Of a stretch of DNA of 64,000 nucleotides, positions 52,145-62,655 are shown piece by piece (positions within the stretch are counted from its first letter, which is position 1; every line of letters starts with the position of its first letter). This stretch comes from Ostrea edulis. Its lineage: Eukaryota. Where the stretch lies: positions 10,788,001-10,852,000 of the forward strand of contig NC_079171.1 in assembly GCF_947568905.1 (NCBI RefSeq), given 5' to 3'. The position numbers and the translations under genes were made by a program. The notes under the pieces were generated by a model. It worked only from the letters and a program-made list of their open reading frames with translations. It was not told the origin of the DNA and made no database searches.

Positions 52145-52352
52145 TAGATAGATAAAAAAATGAAACACGAAGACGTTTAGTAAAGCTTCAGAAGCTTTAC
52201 ATTTAGTTTCTACACTAAATGTAAAGCTTCTGAAGATTTGAAATGAAAGCGCTGAAGTTTTACTAAACGTCTTCGTGTTTCATTTTTATTCTTTACCTAT
52301 ACTTTTACCGATCATTGCGAAAAGTAACTATTTATCTATCTATCTATCTATC

Positions 52353-52370
<18 letters not shown>
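52095..52370. mobile_element. Foldback element embedded in a (TA)n/(GATA)n microsatellite
   Basis: Arms AAAAATGAAACACGAAGACGTTTAGTAAAGCTTCAG / CTGAAGTTTTACTAAACGTCTTCGTGTTTCATTTTT; inner perfect dyad CTTCAGAAGCTTTACATTTAGT-TTCTAC-ACTAAATGTAAAGCTTCTGAAG. Confidence 0.75.
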
Positions 52371-52384
<14 letters not shown>

Positions 52385-53245
52385 TATCATAAACGCTGAT
52401 TATGCTCAGCCTATACTTTAATACTCTGTTAATGTTAAGAAGTTTTTTTTTTACGTATTTTAAAGTATGATTTTGTTTCTTTCAGCCGACGCAACAAATG
52501 TATCTCAAAATATCTCCCATAAGTACGAAGTCTTTACCATATCTGTGACGTCAGAAATGAGCCATCGTAAGTCCTTGATTTCACCAACAATTTTGTAACA
52601 ACTTAAAAACTTCGCTCATGAAATCGCTCTGTATTTTTTGGGAAAGAAAACCATACAAATTTTTGATGAACATTTTTCTATGGAAAACATATAATAGAAA
52701 AAAAAAAAAAAATAAGGCTGTGCTTGATCCCATTAAAATAACGAGAACTGTGAAAGTCGGAGACAAAAGGGTTCTTTTCTCGGAATTTAAACAGATAATT
52801 TTTTTTTTCAGGTTTGCAAATATTTTCCAGATGCGTTGTTGTTATGACACAGAAACACCATGTATTATACATGAGAATGTTCATTCAAGTCACACGAAAT
52901 TCAAATGGAGCGACCCTTTATTTTTTCTGAAAACAATCTAGGTAGAAATTTGGTACTTTTCCGTGGTTTTCTAAAAGTCAGACAGGGCGTTTATCAGTTC
53001 ATTACCGTGTACAAAAAAAAAATATAAAAAAAACCCCCCAAAACAAAACAACAGAGCAGGTGATTCGCCACTTCCAGAGATTGAAACTTTGATGACAAAA
53101 ACCGAACGATGATTTACCTAAATCTCGTCATCTAAAGCCATCAAGGAATAACGGCCTATTGTGACTGTATTTCAGAGAACGAGAGTTACAGTTTCAAATA
53201 AGCATCATATTACCAGCTAATCACAAAAGGCCCGTAAGTCTTAAT

Positions 53246-53421
53246 CGCCGCGGTGGTCTAGAGGTTAGAGCGTTCGCCCCGCATGCGGAAGGCCGGGGTT
53301 TGAATCCCGGCCGCGACAGACCTAAGTATTTAAAGCAGGTAGTGACAGTTACATCGCTAAACGCTCGGCATCAGGTGTGAATGTCACGGGTCCTCGGAGA
53401 TGACCTTAAAAATGGATGTTA

Positions 53422-53456
<35 letters not shown>

Positions 53457-53577
53457 CACTGCTCAATGGCCGTTAGCCCAAGCATAGACCTAAATTTAAA
53501 GCCCTTCACAGGTTTTCTTGACGTCTCCATACGATTGAAAAATGATCGAGAGGGACGATACAATCAATCAATCAATC
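53246..53577 (+). mobile_element. tRNA-derived SINE family C, full length
   Basis: A box GTGGTCTAGAGGTT, B box GGTTTGAATCC, shared body, (CAAT)4 tail, CTTAAT on both flanks. Confidence 0.88.
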
Positions 53578-53799
53578 CTTAATGGAGAAAATTTGTTACT
53601 CATCTTAATAAAAGAAGACAACAAACAGAGGGGCGTGGTCAGACTCCCCGATGTCCTGTATCTGCGGACTCCACACCGGACATTATTTTACAGAAAGTTT
53701 CTCTTAACCTACATCTTTCTGAAAATAAACCGATACTTGGCCGTAAGCGCCTAAATGCTTCACACTCCGATAACTGGGTGTAACCATTCCTTATTATCT

Positions 53800-53935
53800 A
53801 TAGTCGATCAACAGGGGATGCTTACTCCTCCTAGCACCTGATCCTCCCTCTGGTGTATACAGGAGTCCATGTCTGCCTTCTCTATTCTTCATAGGAGTTA
53901 TGAGATTGATCACTGTTCGTTATCTTCACCTTTAT
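53800..53935 (+). mobile_element. Penelope-like 3' end that seeds the 43-bp array
   Basis: CAACAGGGGATGCTTACTCCTCCTAGCACCTGATCC...ATAGGAGTTATGAGATTGATCACTGTTCGTTATCTTCACCTTT. Confidence 0.85.
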
Positions 53936-55391
53936 AGGAGTTATGAGATTGATCACTGTTAGTTATCTTTACCTTTATAGGAGTTATGAGATTGATCACT
54001 GTTCGTTATCTTCACCTTTAAAGGAGTAATGAGATTGATCACTTCATTATCTTCACCTTAATAGGAGTAATGCGATTGATCACTGTTCGTTATCTTCACC
54101 TTTATAGGATTTATGAGATTGATCACTGTTCGTTATCTTCACCTTTATAGGAGTTATGAGATTGATCACTGTTCGTTATCTTTACCTTTATAGGAGTTAT
54201 GAGATTGATCACTGTTCGTTATCTTCACCTTTATAGGAGTTATGAGATTGATCACTATTCGTTATCTTCACCTTTATAGGAGTTATGAGATTGATCACTT
54301 CATTATCTTCACCTTAATAGGAGTAATGAGATTGATCACTGTTCGTTATCTTCACCTTTATAGGATTTATGAGATTGATCACTGTTCGTTATCTTCACCT
54401 TTATAGGAGTTATGAGATTGATCACTGTTCGTTATCTTTACCTTTATAGGAGTTATGAGATTGATCACTGTTCGTTATCTTCACCTTTATAGGAGTTATG
54501 AGATTGATCACTATTCGTTATCTTCACCTTTATAGGAGTTATGAGATTGATCACTTCATTATCTTCACCTTAATAGGAGTAATGAGATTGATCACTGTTC
54601 GTTATCTTCACCTTTATAGGAGTTATGAGATGGATCACTGTTCGTTATCTTCACCTTTATAGGAGTAATGAGATTGATCACTGTTCGTTATCTTCACCTT
54701 TATAGGAGTAATGAGATTGATCACTGTTCGTTATCTTCACCTTTATAGGAGTAATGAGATTGATCACTGTTCGTTATCTTCACCCTTTATAGGAGTTATG
54801 AGATTGATCACTGTTCGTTATCTTCACCTTTATAGGAGTTATGAGATTGATCACTGTTAGTTATCTTTACCTTTATAGGAGTTATGAGATTGATCACTGT
54901 TCGTTATCTTCACCTTTAAAGGAGTAATGAGATTGATCACTGTTCGTTATCTTCACCTTTATAGGAGTTATGAGATTGATCACTGTTCGTTATCTTCACC
55001 TTTAAAGGAGTAATGAGATTGATCACTGTTCGTTATCTTCACCTTAATAGGAGTTATGAGATTGATCACTGTTCGTTATCTTCACCTTTATAGGAGTTAT
55101 GAGATTGATCACTATTCGTTATCTTCACCTTTATAGGAGTAATGAGATTGATCACTGTTCGTTATCTTCACCTTTATTAGAGTTATGAGATTGATCACTG
55201 TTCGTTATCCTCACCTTTATAGGAGTTATGAGATTGATCACTGTTCGTTATCTTCACCTTTATAGGAGTTATGAGATTGATCACTGTTCGTTATCTTCAC
55301 CTTTATAGGAGTTATGAGATGGATCACTGTTCGTTATCTTCACCTTTATAGGAGTTATGAGATTGATCATTGTTCGTTGTCTTCATTTTTT
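53891..55391 (+). repeat. 43-bp tandem array (about 35 copies) of the Penelope-like terminal sequence
   Basis: Unit ATAGGAGTTATGAGATTGATCACTGTTCGTTATCTTCACCTTT; a 41-bp variant recurs at 54041, 54297 and 54553 (256-bp higher-order period). Confidence 0.95.
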
Positions 55392-55479
55392 CGTATGAAC
55401 ATTATCCCCTGTTAAGTAACGTTTTTATTAATAACCCTGACCTTGGCCAGATAGTATCAGAAAAATAGAGGAATGCCGG

Positions 55480-56165
55480 CTGGTGTGACCAGTCAACATG
55501 GGAGTATTTCAGTCTTTTAGACACCTGATCCCACCTCTGAGATGTTAAGGGCTCTGTGTTTGCTATATCCTTACCCTCTTATTCGTTGTATTATATATGA
55601 GATTGATCGCTTTTCATTATCTTCACTTTTTCATCAATGACCTTCATATTGGCCAACTGCCCTCAATCCAAGGCAAACAAAAAACAAAACAAAACAAAAA
55701 AACACCAAAAAGAAAACCACAAACAAAACTGATTCATCATGAACAACTACGAACTCTGCTATCATTCCATTACCGCGTTATAGCTCCTGGGTCGGGGACG
55801 TGTGGTATTGCTAGCAAATTCGTACTTGGAATCATTGTCTAATATAATTTCATTACAAAACTTGAAGAAATCTATAGTCGTTCTTCTGATCTTAGGTCGA
55901 ATACTAAATGTATCTGACGAGTTTCATACCAATTGTTAGGCCGTTCTATACATACTGATTTTGACTACGGATAACTCCGTTTACCTGGCCAACTTATATG
56001 ACTCACGGTGGGTGTGACAGGTCGATAGGGGATGCCTCCACTCCTCCTAGACACCTTATCCCACATCTGCTGTGTCCAGGAATCCGTATTTGACCCTCTA
56101 TTAATGTTGCATTCTTTATTGTGTTCATGAGATTGATCACTGTTATTTGTCTTCACTCTTCATCT
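55480..56165 (+). mobile_element. Two further degenerate Penelope-like 3' ends (55480-55635 and 55905-56165)
   Basis: GGCTGGTGTGACCAGTC...ACACCTGATCCCACCTCTG; TTTCATACCAATTGTTAG...GAGATTGATCACTG. Confidence 0.75.
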
Positions 56166-56351
56166 AACAATTCTATCGATGACTATGGTCAATCGACCTT
56201 GTTTCCGCATGAGTAAACATCAGCCTTAGGGCCCGAGTAGTCCGTGACCCGGAACCATTGAAATGCGGAGATTCGGCAGAGGCTTTCATTGGTTGCGAAT
56301 GCATTGATCACCATGGTTACACGTAAGCGTATGTCAGTCGTCTTGTTTTAG

Positions 56352-56553
56352 GACTCACTGTCATTCACCTAAGACCGCGGGTGTTCCTGATACCCCATAT
56401 ACTAAATCTGGTTTAAAATTGGCACTAGATCTGAGAAAATGTTCAACTGTGAATTCACAAGGCATGGTACACACCGGTAGTTCTAATGTGTTTACCTTCA
56501 ACATCTCTACCGGTACAAACTGTGAGGATAGCCATATCCTCACGAGGAAAAAT
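56352..56553 (+). CDS. Candidate internal exon of an unidentified gene (THCHSPKTAGVPDTPYTKSGLKLALDLRKCSTVNSQGMVHTGSSNVFTFNISTGTNCEDSHILTRKN)
   Basis: TCTTGTTTTAG| acceptor, |GTGCGT donor, one open frame of 67 codons, raised GC; no family recognised. Confidence 0.3.
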
Positions 56554-56607
56554 GTGCGTATTTATTTTGGAAACAAAAATGACTGGGAATTCAGACAGAA
56601 ATTAAAG

Positions 56608-56755
56608 TAAGAAATGAATTTCATTCAAGTACACGAGGGTATGAACTGCAAAGCGTCACGCCGGCATAGTTTTCATGAATGAAAAACGCTGTAGTAATGC
56701 TTCTCAGTTCGTGCCTTCATGCATATTCAAAATTGAAATTTATTTCTGAAGTATA
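56608..56755. mobile_element. Hairpin MITE family H
   Basis: AAGAAATGAATTTCATTCAAGTACACGAGGGTATGAACTGC...CAGTTCGTGCCTTCATGCATA...TGAAATTTATTTCT. Confidence 0.6.
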
Positions 56756-58381
56756 TTTCAAAAATCCTTATACCTGTCATTAACAAATTGATGTAACATA
56801 TTTCTGAAAAGAAGATGTAATTGGTTTCCATTACGGATTTTTAAACCTCTACCAAGATACAAAGAACACCGATCCCGAACAAAATTGTATACATTGGAAA
56901 ATTTATTAACATTAAAATCCATGCTACAATGACATGGTGGCTTGTCTCTCACATGTTATAAACAACCGTAACACACAGATGGTGTTTCAGACAATTCTAA
57001 TGCTCTAACATATTGCATAACATTGGAAAAATTTTACATAAGTAATATTTGAGTAATCATTATTCTACAAAATATATTTTAACTGAAACATTTATATTTC
57101 TATGTACATATATCTTTGATTGAAATGATTTTCATAGTAAATATGCTAGTAAATATATCAAAAAAATAAAACTAACAAAAGCTGACTCTTCCTAAACGCA
57201 TAATTATATATTTTGTTTTTGTTTGAAAATTTAAAGAATAATAATTAACTAACAAGTATTTCCCCTACTATTCTGGTAACACAAAGACTTTAAATTTTCG
57301 ATATTCATAAGAGTGCGTACTAATGTGGAAAACACTAAAATCATTCAAATCACGTGATGAATGGACAACTGGTACTCGGGAATTACGGGGGTTCTCTCAG
57401 AACACCCTCCGCAGTGTGGCAGCTCAAACGCTAAACACTAACAAATTTTACTGGAAGTGATGACACTTTGAATATAATTATTCCATTTGTATATACATAT
57501 TTTTTGTGGATCGAAAAATCACGATTTCACGAAATAGATATTTTGGTGTGGATCAAAGAATTCACGATTTCAAGTTTATGTGTTTATGTTTTGGTGTGGA
57601 TCCAAGAATTCACGATTTCAGGTTATACATATTTTAGTGTGGATCCAAGAATTCACGATTTTTGGTATATATATATATAAATTTTGGTGTGGGATGGAAG
57701 AATAATTCAAAAGATGTATATGTTCACCCATTTTAATACGTGAACTACAAGAGTACATCTACATTTTATCAGGAAAAATGATTTAACATATCACTACGCG
57801 TTGGACTACTTTGCGAATGACTAAAAATATTCGTGGTGTGTGATTGAACCATAAGTAAATTAAACACGCACAAAGAACAAAGGGGAAAGCAATACACTAC
57901 CCGCTACACTAGATATAATAGATTATAAAGTCTAGTTCGGTCACACTAATGGGTGTCGATGTCTATTGAAAAGCATGTAGTTATCGATTATCTGCCCTTG
58001 TCTCTATTACGTCACAGTTCCTCAAGTGTTCACAAAGATATATACAAATGTTCATTTTTCTGGGTTTTAAATTTTATGATTTCATTATCATATTTTTTTT
58101 CTTGTCAAAGTTCTACTTTGGAAATATTGGAATAATGGCGTCCGCAATGTTCAGTTTCAGATTTTAATAACTTACGTCATTCTGGAAATAAATTAATATA
58201 ATTTGAATTGAATCGAATGGGCATAAATATTCCTAACATTCATATGCAATTCAGTGTCTTGATGTACAAGATACTCATTGTAAAATTTAATTCCGAAAGC
58301 AGAACAGTAGGGATATTTGCACTTAAACATATCATCAAAGATGACCACATGGAAAGAGAGTTGGGGAGAAGCAAGATCTCG

Positions 58382-58714
58382 TGTAGAAAACGAGAGTAGA
58401 GAGCTCTTCACGTCACTACAGCGAGAACATCCGTGTAGAAAACGAGATATTCACGTCACTACAGCCAGAAGTCGGTGTAGAAAACGAGAGTAACCGAGCT
58501 CTTCGCGTCACAACGCGAGAAGTCGGTGTATAAAACGAAAGTATAGAGCTCTTTACGTCCCAACGAGAATTCAGTGTAGAAAACGAGAGTAACCGAGCTC
58601 TTCGCGTCACTACCGCGAGAAGTCGGTGTATAAAACGAAAGTATAGAGCTCTTTACGTCCCAGCGAGAATTCAATGTAGAAAACGAGAGTAAAAAGCTCT
58701 TCGTGTCACTACAA
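58382..58714. repeat. About 50-bp tandem with alternating monomer types, 7 units
   Basis: GTGTAGAAAACGAGAGTA..GAGCTCTTC.CGTCAC alternates with GTGTATAAAACGAAAGTATAGAGCTCTTTACGTCCC. Confidence 0.85.
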
Positions 58715-58796
58715 GTAATTACAAATTAAACATGAAATGCGATTCCCCCATTATTCTATTTACATGTGTCTCTATGAAACAAAACTGTTGATGACA

Positions 58797-58950
58797 GAAT
58801 CTACAGATATGACAGAACCTACAGGTATGACAGAACCTACAGGTATGACAGAACCTACAGGTATGACAGAATCTACAGTATGACAGAACCTACAGGTATG
58901 ACAGAACTACAGGTATGACAGAATCTACAGTATGGCAGAATCTACAGGTA
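58797..58950. repeat. 18-bp minisatellite GACAGAACCTACAGGTAT, about 9 copies
   Basis: Directly visible. Confidence 0.9.
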
Positions 58951-59968
58951 TGCATTAGACAAATCATTGTTCGTATTGTGCCCATGTGCGTTTCAAACTG
59001 GTAAACATGAAGGCTAGGGTTAATGGATTTACGGGGAAAACTGGGCGTGGCAACACTTGGTACATGGTATTAATCGGTGCACGGAATTAATAGATGCACG
59101 GTGCTCATAGATGTACGGTATTCATTGGTACATGTGTTGGGAATTAAAAGGTACACGGTATTTATAGCAGCGCAATGCCCATGGACGCACGGTATACATT
59201 GGATCAGAGTAATTAATAGATGTACTGTATTGATAGGTGCACGGTATCTATAAAATAGTACCATAAATGCACGTTAATCATAGGTGCATGATATTTATAA
59301 GTGCACGGTATCATTAGGTGGATTTTTAGAAGGCGCAGTACTCTACACGCATGACATTAATCGGTGCACGTTATCAAATAGATGCAGGGCATTCATTGGT
59401 GCATGGCATTGATAGGCACGCGGTTTCATTGGTGCACGTTATACATAGGTGCACATTATACACAGGTGCATGTTATACATATGTGCACATTATACACAGG
59501 TGCATGTTATACATAGGTGCATGTTATACATAGGTGCACGCTATAAAGGTGTATTGAATTAATAGGTGTACGGAATTTAAATGTGCACGGTACTCATAGC
59601 TGCAATGTTCGAGACATTCGATGCTGCTGTATCTCTCCACTCATTGTAGACCAATCGCTATTCCCGATATATATTTTGTAAACCTGTCGTAGATGTAAAA
59701 TGTTGAATGGGGGAGGGAACAGTTTTAACGTCCGCCTTTCTTGAGGCCCCCTGCGGGTCCAGGACAAAGATTTTAGGGGTCCCTAAGGGCAATGCCCCTG
59801 AAAATACCGAGCTTTATAACAGTTGAATCATAGGGGGGGGGGGGGTGGGGGGGGGGGGGGGGGGGGGGGGGGGTGGGTCTGGTGTTGGATCTACCACTGT
59901 AAATCGTCAATTGATATACCGTGACTACTTACATACTAGAACTTGATATACTGTGTCGATTCCTATAG

Positions 59969-60183
59969 GCGATCTACACGGTATTTTGTCGTCATCCGGG
60001 TCTCTGGGTACTGTCCCTTCAGTCACAAAGAACAACCGAAGTGAGCATTCCCTAACCGTAGCCACTTCAATCAATCTTATAAAAACTCAGACATATGTGG
60101 AAAACACACACCGACTGATGAAATTTAAATGCAATGACATTTATACAGTGCGACTACCAGACCAGTGCTGTGAAGGACGGGAA
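59969..60183 (+). CDS. Candidate pair of small exons (59969-60040 and 60149-60183), product unknown
   Basis: TTCCTATAG| ... GAA|GTGAGC, 108-nt intron, TTATACAG| ... GAA|GTAACT; frame undetermined. Confidence 0.25.
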
Positions 60184-60754
60184 GTAACTCGGGTAATTGT
60201 TAGAACTGTTTTTCGCTATAAGAGTTATCGTCCCTCATTCAATAACGCCTTAACATCATAGCCTCAGACGAAGTACAGTTAGAATAGTAACTTTAAACTC
60301 TGGTCTAGATTTCTCGAAATAAACCAGTCAAAACTTGGACAGATATTTTACTCAGATAACCGGAAGTCTGGCGACTTAGTTCAGGGTCTTATTTCTTGAA
60401 AATTCTCAGACTTAAGTTTTGGTTTAAACATTTTGTATGTACATGTATATATGGAATCGTTTCTGATTATAATTAACCACGTTCAATATAATGACCTGAG
60501 TGATATTTATCTGAAATAGTTTAACGTACTTCTATCTGCCAAAAAACAGTATATTACAACATAATACAGCCACTACTATCAGCGCATGCGTTAGAAGTGT
60601 GAGTTCCGGTGTCCTGTGTTTACAGCACAATCACAGCGCTTTTCTGCAAAGATAATATAATAACAATGATAATGATACTATATTTAAAAAAGGTAAACCA
60701 GTTAATACAATCTCTATTCTTCCCAGGTGTCTTTCGATCCATAAACATAATAAA

Positions 60755-61715
60755 AATAAGAGGCCCTGGGGTCACATCGCTCACCTGAGTCACCTTGGTT
60801 CATATTTAATGATTTTCCCTACATATTTGTATGCAAAACTTTGATCCCCTATTGTGACACCATCCTACCCCTGGGGGCCATGATTGTAATAAACTGAAAT
60901 ATGAAATATGTCAGAAAGCTTTCATGTAAATATCAGCTTTTCTGGCTTAGTGGTTCTTGAGAAGAAGATTTTTGAAGATTTTTCCTATATATTTGTATGT
61001 AAAACTTTGATCACCAATTGCGGCCCCATCCAAACCCCGGGGGTCATGACTTGAACAAACCTGAATCTGCATTATGTCAGGAAGCTTTTGTGTAAATCTC
61101 GCTTTTCTGGCTCAGTGGTTCTTGAGAAGAATATTTTTTTTTTTAAAGATTTGTCCTATATATTTGTATGTAAACCTTTGATCCCATATTGTGGCCCCAT
61201 CCAACCCCGGGGGCCATGATTTGAACAAACTTGAATCTGTACTATGTCAGAAAGCTTTCATGTAAATTTCAGCTTTTCANNNNNNNNNNNNNNNNNNNNN
61301 NNNNNNNNNNNNNNNNNNNNNNNNNNNNNNNNNNNNNNNNNNNNNNNNNNNNNNNNNNNNNNNNNNNNNNNNNNNNNNNNNNNNNNNNNNNNNNNNNNNN
61401 NNNNNNNNNNNNNNNNNNNNNNNNNNNNNNNNNNNNNNNNNNNNNNNNNNNNNNNNNNNNNNNNNNNNNNNNNNNNNNNCATGTAAATTTCAGCTTTTCA
61501 GGCCCAGTGGTTCTTGAGAAGAAGATTTTAAAATGATCCCACCCTATTTTTGCATTTTTGTGATTATCTCCCCTTTGAAAGGGACATGGCCCTTCATTTG
61601 AACAAACTTGAAAGCCCTTCATCCTAGAATGCTTTGTGGCAAGTTTTGGTTGAAATTGGCCCAGCGGTTCTTGAGAAGAAGTCGAAAATGTGAAAGGTTT
61701 ACGACGCCGACGACA

Positions 61716-61757
<42 letters not shown>

Positions 61758-61775
61758 TGGCTCAGGTGAGCTAAA
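60755..61775 (-). mobile_element. Non-autonomous Helentron/HINE with about 165-bp satellite monomers (resembles the oyster 166-bp family)
   Basis: Minus strand 5' TAGCTCACCTGAGCCAAAGGCTCAAGTGAGCT, GTC-rich microsatellite, 3' CAGGTGAGCGA and degenerate hairpin; CTTTTCTGGCT.AGTGGTTCTTGAGAAGAA recurs about 165 bp apart. Confidence 0.85.
61280..61479. other. Assembly gap (200 N)
   Basis: Run of exactly 200 N. Confidence 0.99.
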
Positions 61776-62084
61776 AACATCAATCATACAATCGAACATA
61801 ATTACAAATCATTTCGACATTGTATTACATGTTTTTATCTTATTGCTTAAAAGCATTTAGTGATGGTGAACAGATAAAGCATTCCATAAATTGATAGCAG
61901 AGTTTTGAAAAGCTGTCCATTTGTGCGATGGCGCACACAAATCAGAATCAGATCGTAGATTGTACTGATTTTTTGCATCGGAAATGAAACATGAAGTTTG
62001 GATAAGTCGGGCTGTTATGTTGTTCCCTTATTGTAACTTTCTCTCTTACTGCTACAATTTGAGGCTGTTTCTTATCATTACATG

Positions 62085-62655
62085 AAAAGGTGAAAATAAC
62101 GAACAGTGTATAAGGAATACAAAAGTAAGAACTGGGTAAATACCGACCACTGGGTATACTAGAGGTTAGATCTAGGAAGAGTATGCTTCCCCTGTACACC
62201 GGTCACACCCACCCTAAGCCCTATATCTGGATGAGGTAAACGGAGTAATCCGTAATCAAATTCAGTATGTAAAGAACGATCTAACATTGGAATGAAACAC
62301 ATCCTACAGCATTTGACCTAATGACAGGATATATTGGTAAATTAAATCGTTATAACGACCATATACTTTGCGAAATGCTGGCTTTAAACGAGACTGTTGG
62401 AACTCATATAACATCAACTTGTTTGTCAATTGTCTTTCTCGATTAAAAATAAAACCCTGATCATACGCAGAGGAAGCTCTCGCATATCGAATCAGATGAG
62501 AGGCATAAAAACCATATACAGGTGATGATGGAATATTGCTCTATAAATATGTGGAGCTGACAATGAAGAAGCAGAAGTCATCCCGTTTGTCATAAAATTG
62601 AGCTTTTAGTTTGCCATTAACATCTATGTTCAATAAAATATCTAAGTACGAAGAA
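62085..62655 (-). pseudogene. Penelope-like RT thumb remnant plus 3' UTR
   Basis: Minus strand SYLDILLNIDVNGKLKAQFYDKRDDFCFFIVSSTYL*SNIPSSPVYGFYASHLIRYARASSAYD. Confidence 0.85.

Noticed and set aside
53246-53317. Functional tRNA genes (also 20183, 28149, 29540, 16096)
   Set aside because: Imperfect cloverleafs that continue into SINE bodies without an oligo-T terminator; treated as SINE heads
53891-55391. CRISPR-like look of the 43-bp (also 49-, 37- and 33-bp) arrays
   Set aside because: No unique spacers between repeats, no cas genes, eukaryotic context
59831-59876. Long G-run as a functional G-quadruplex
   Set aside because: Homopolymer C/G runs are common throughout this window and their lengths are unreliable in consensus sequence
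60358-60612. Promoter-like motifs CCGGAAGT and GCGCATGCG
   Set aside because: Short motifs with no linked gene start; likely inside repeat remnants
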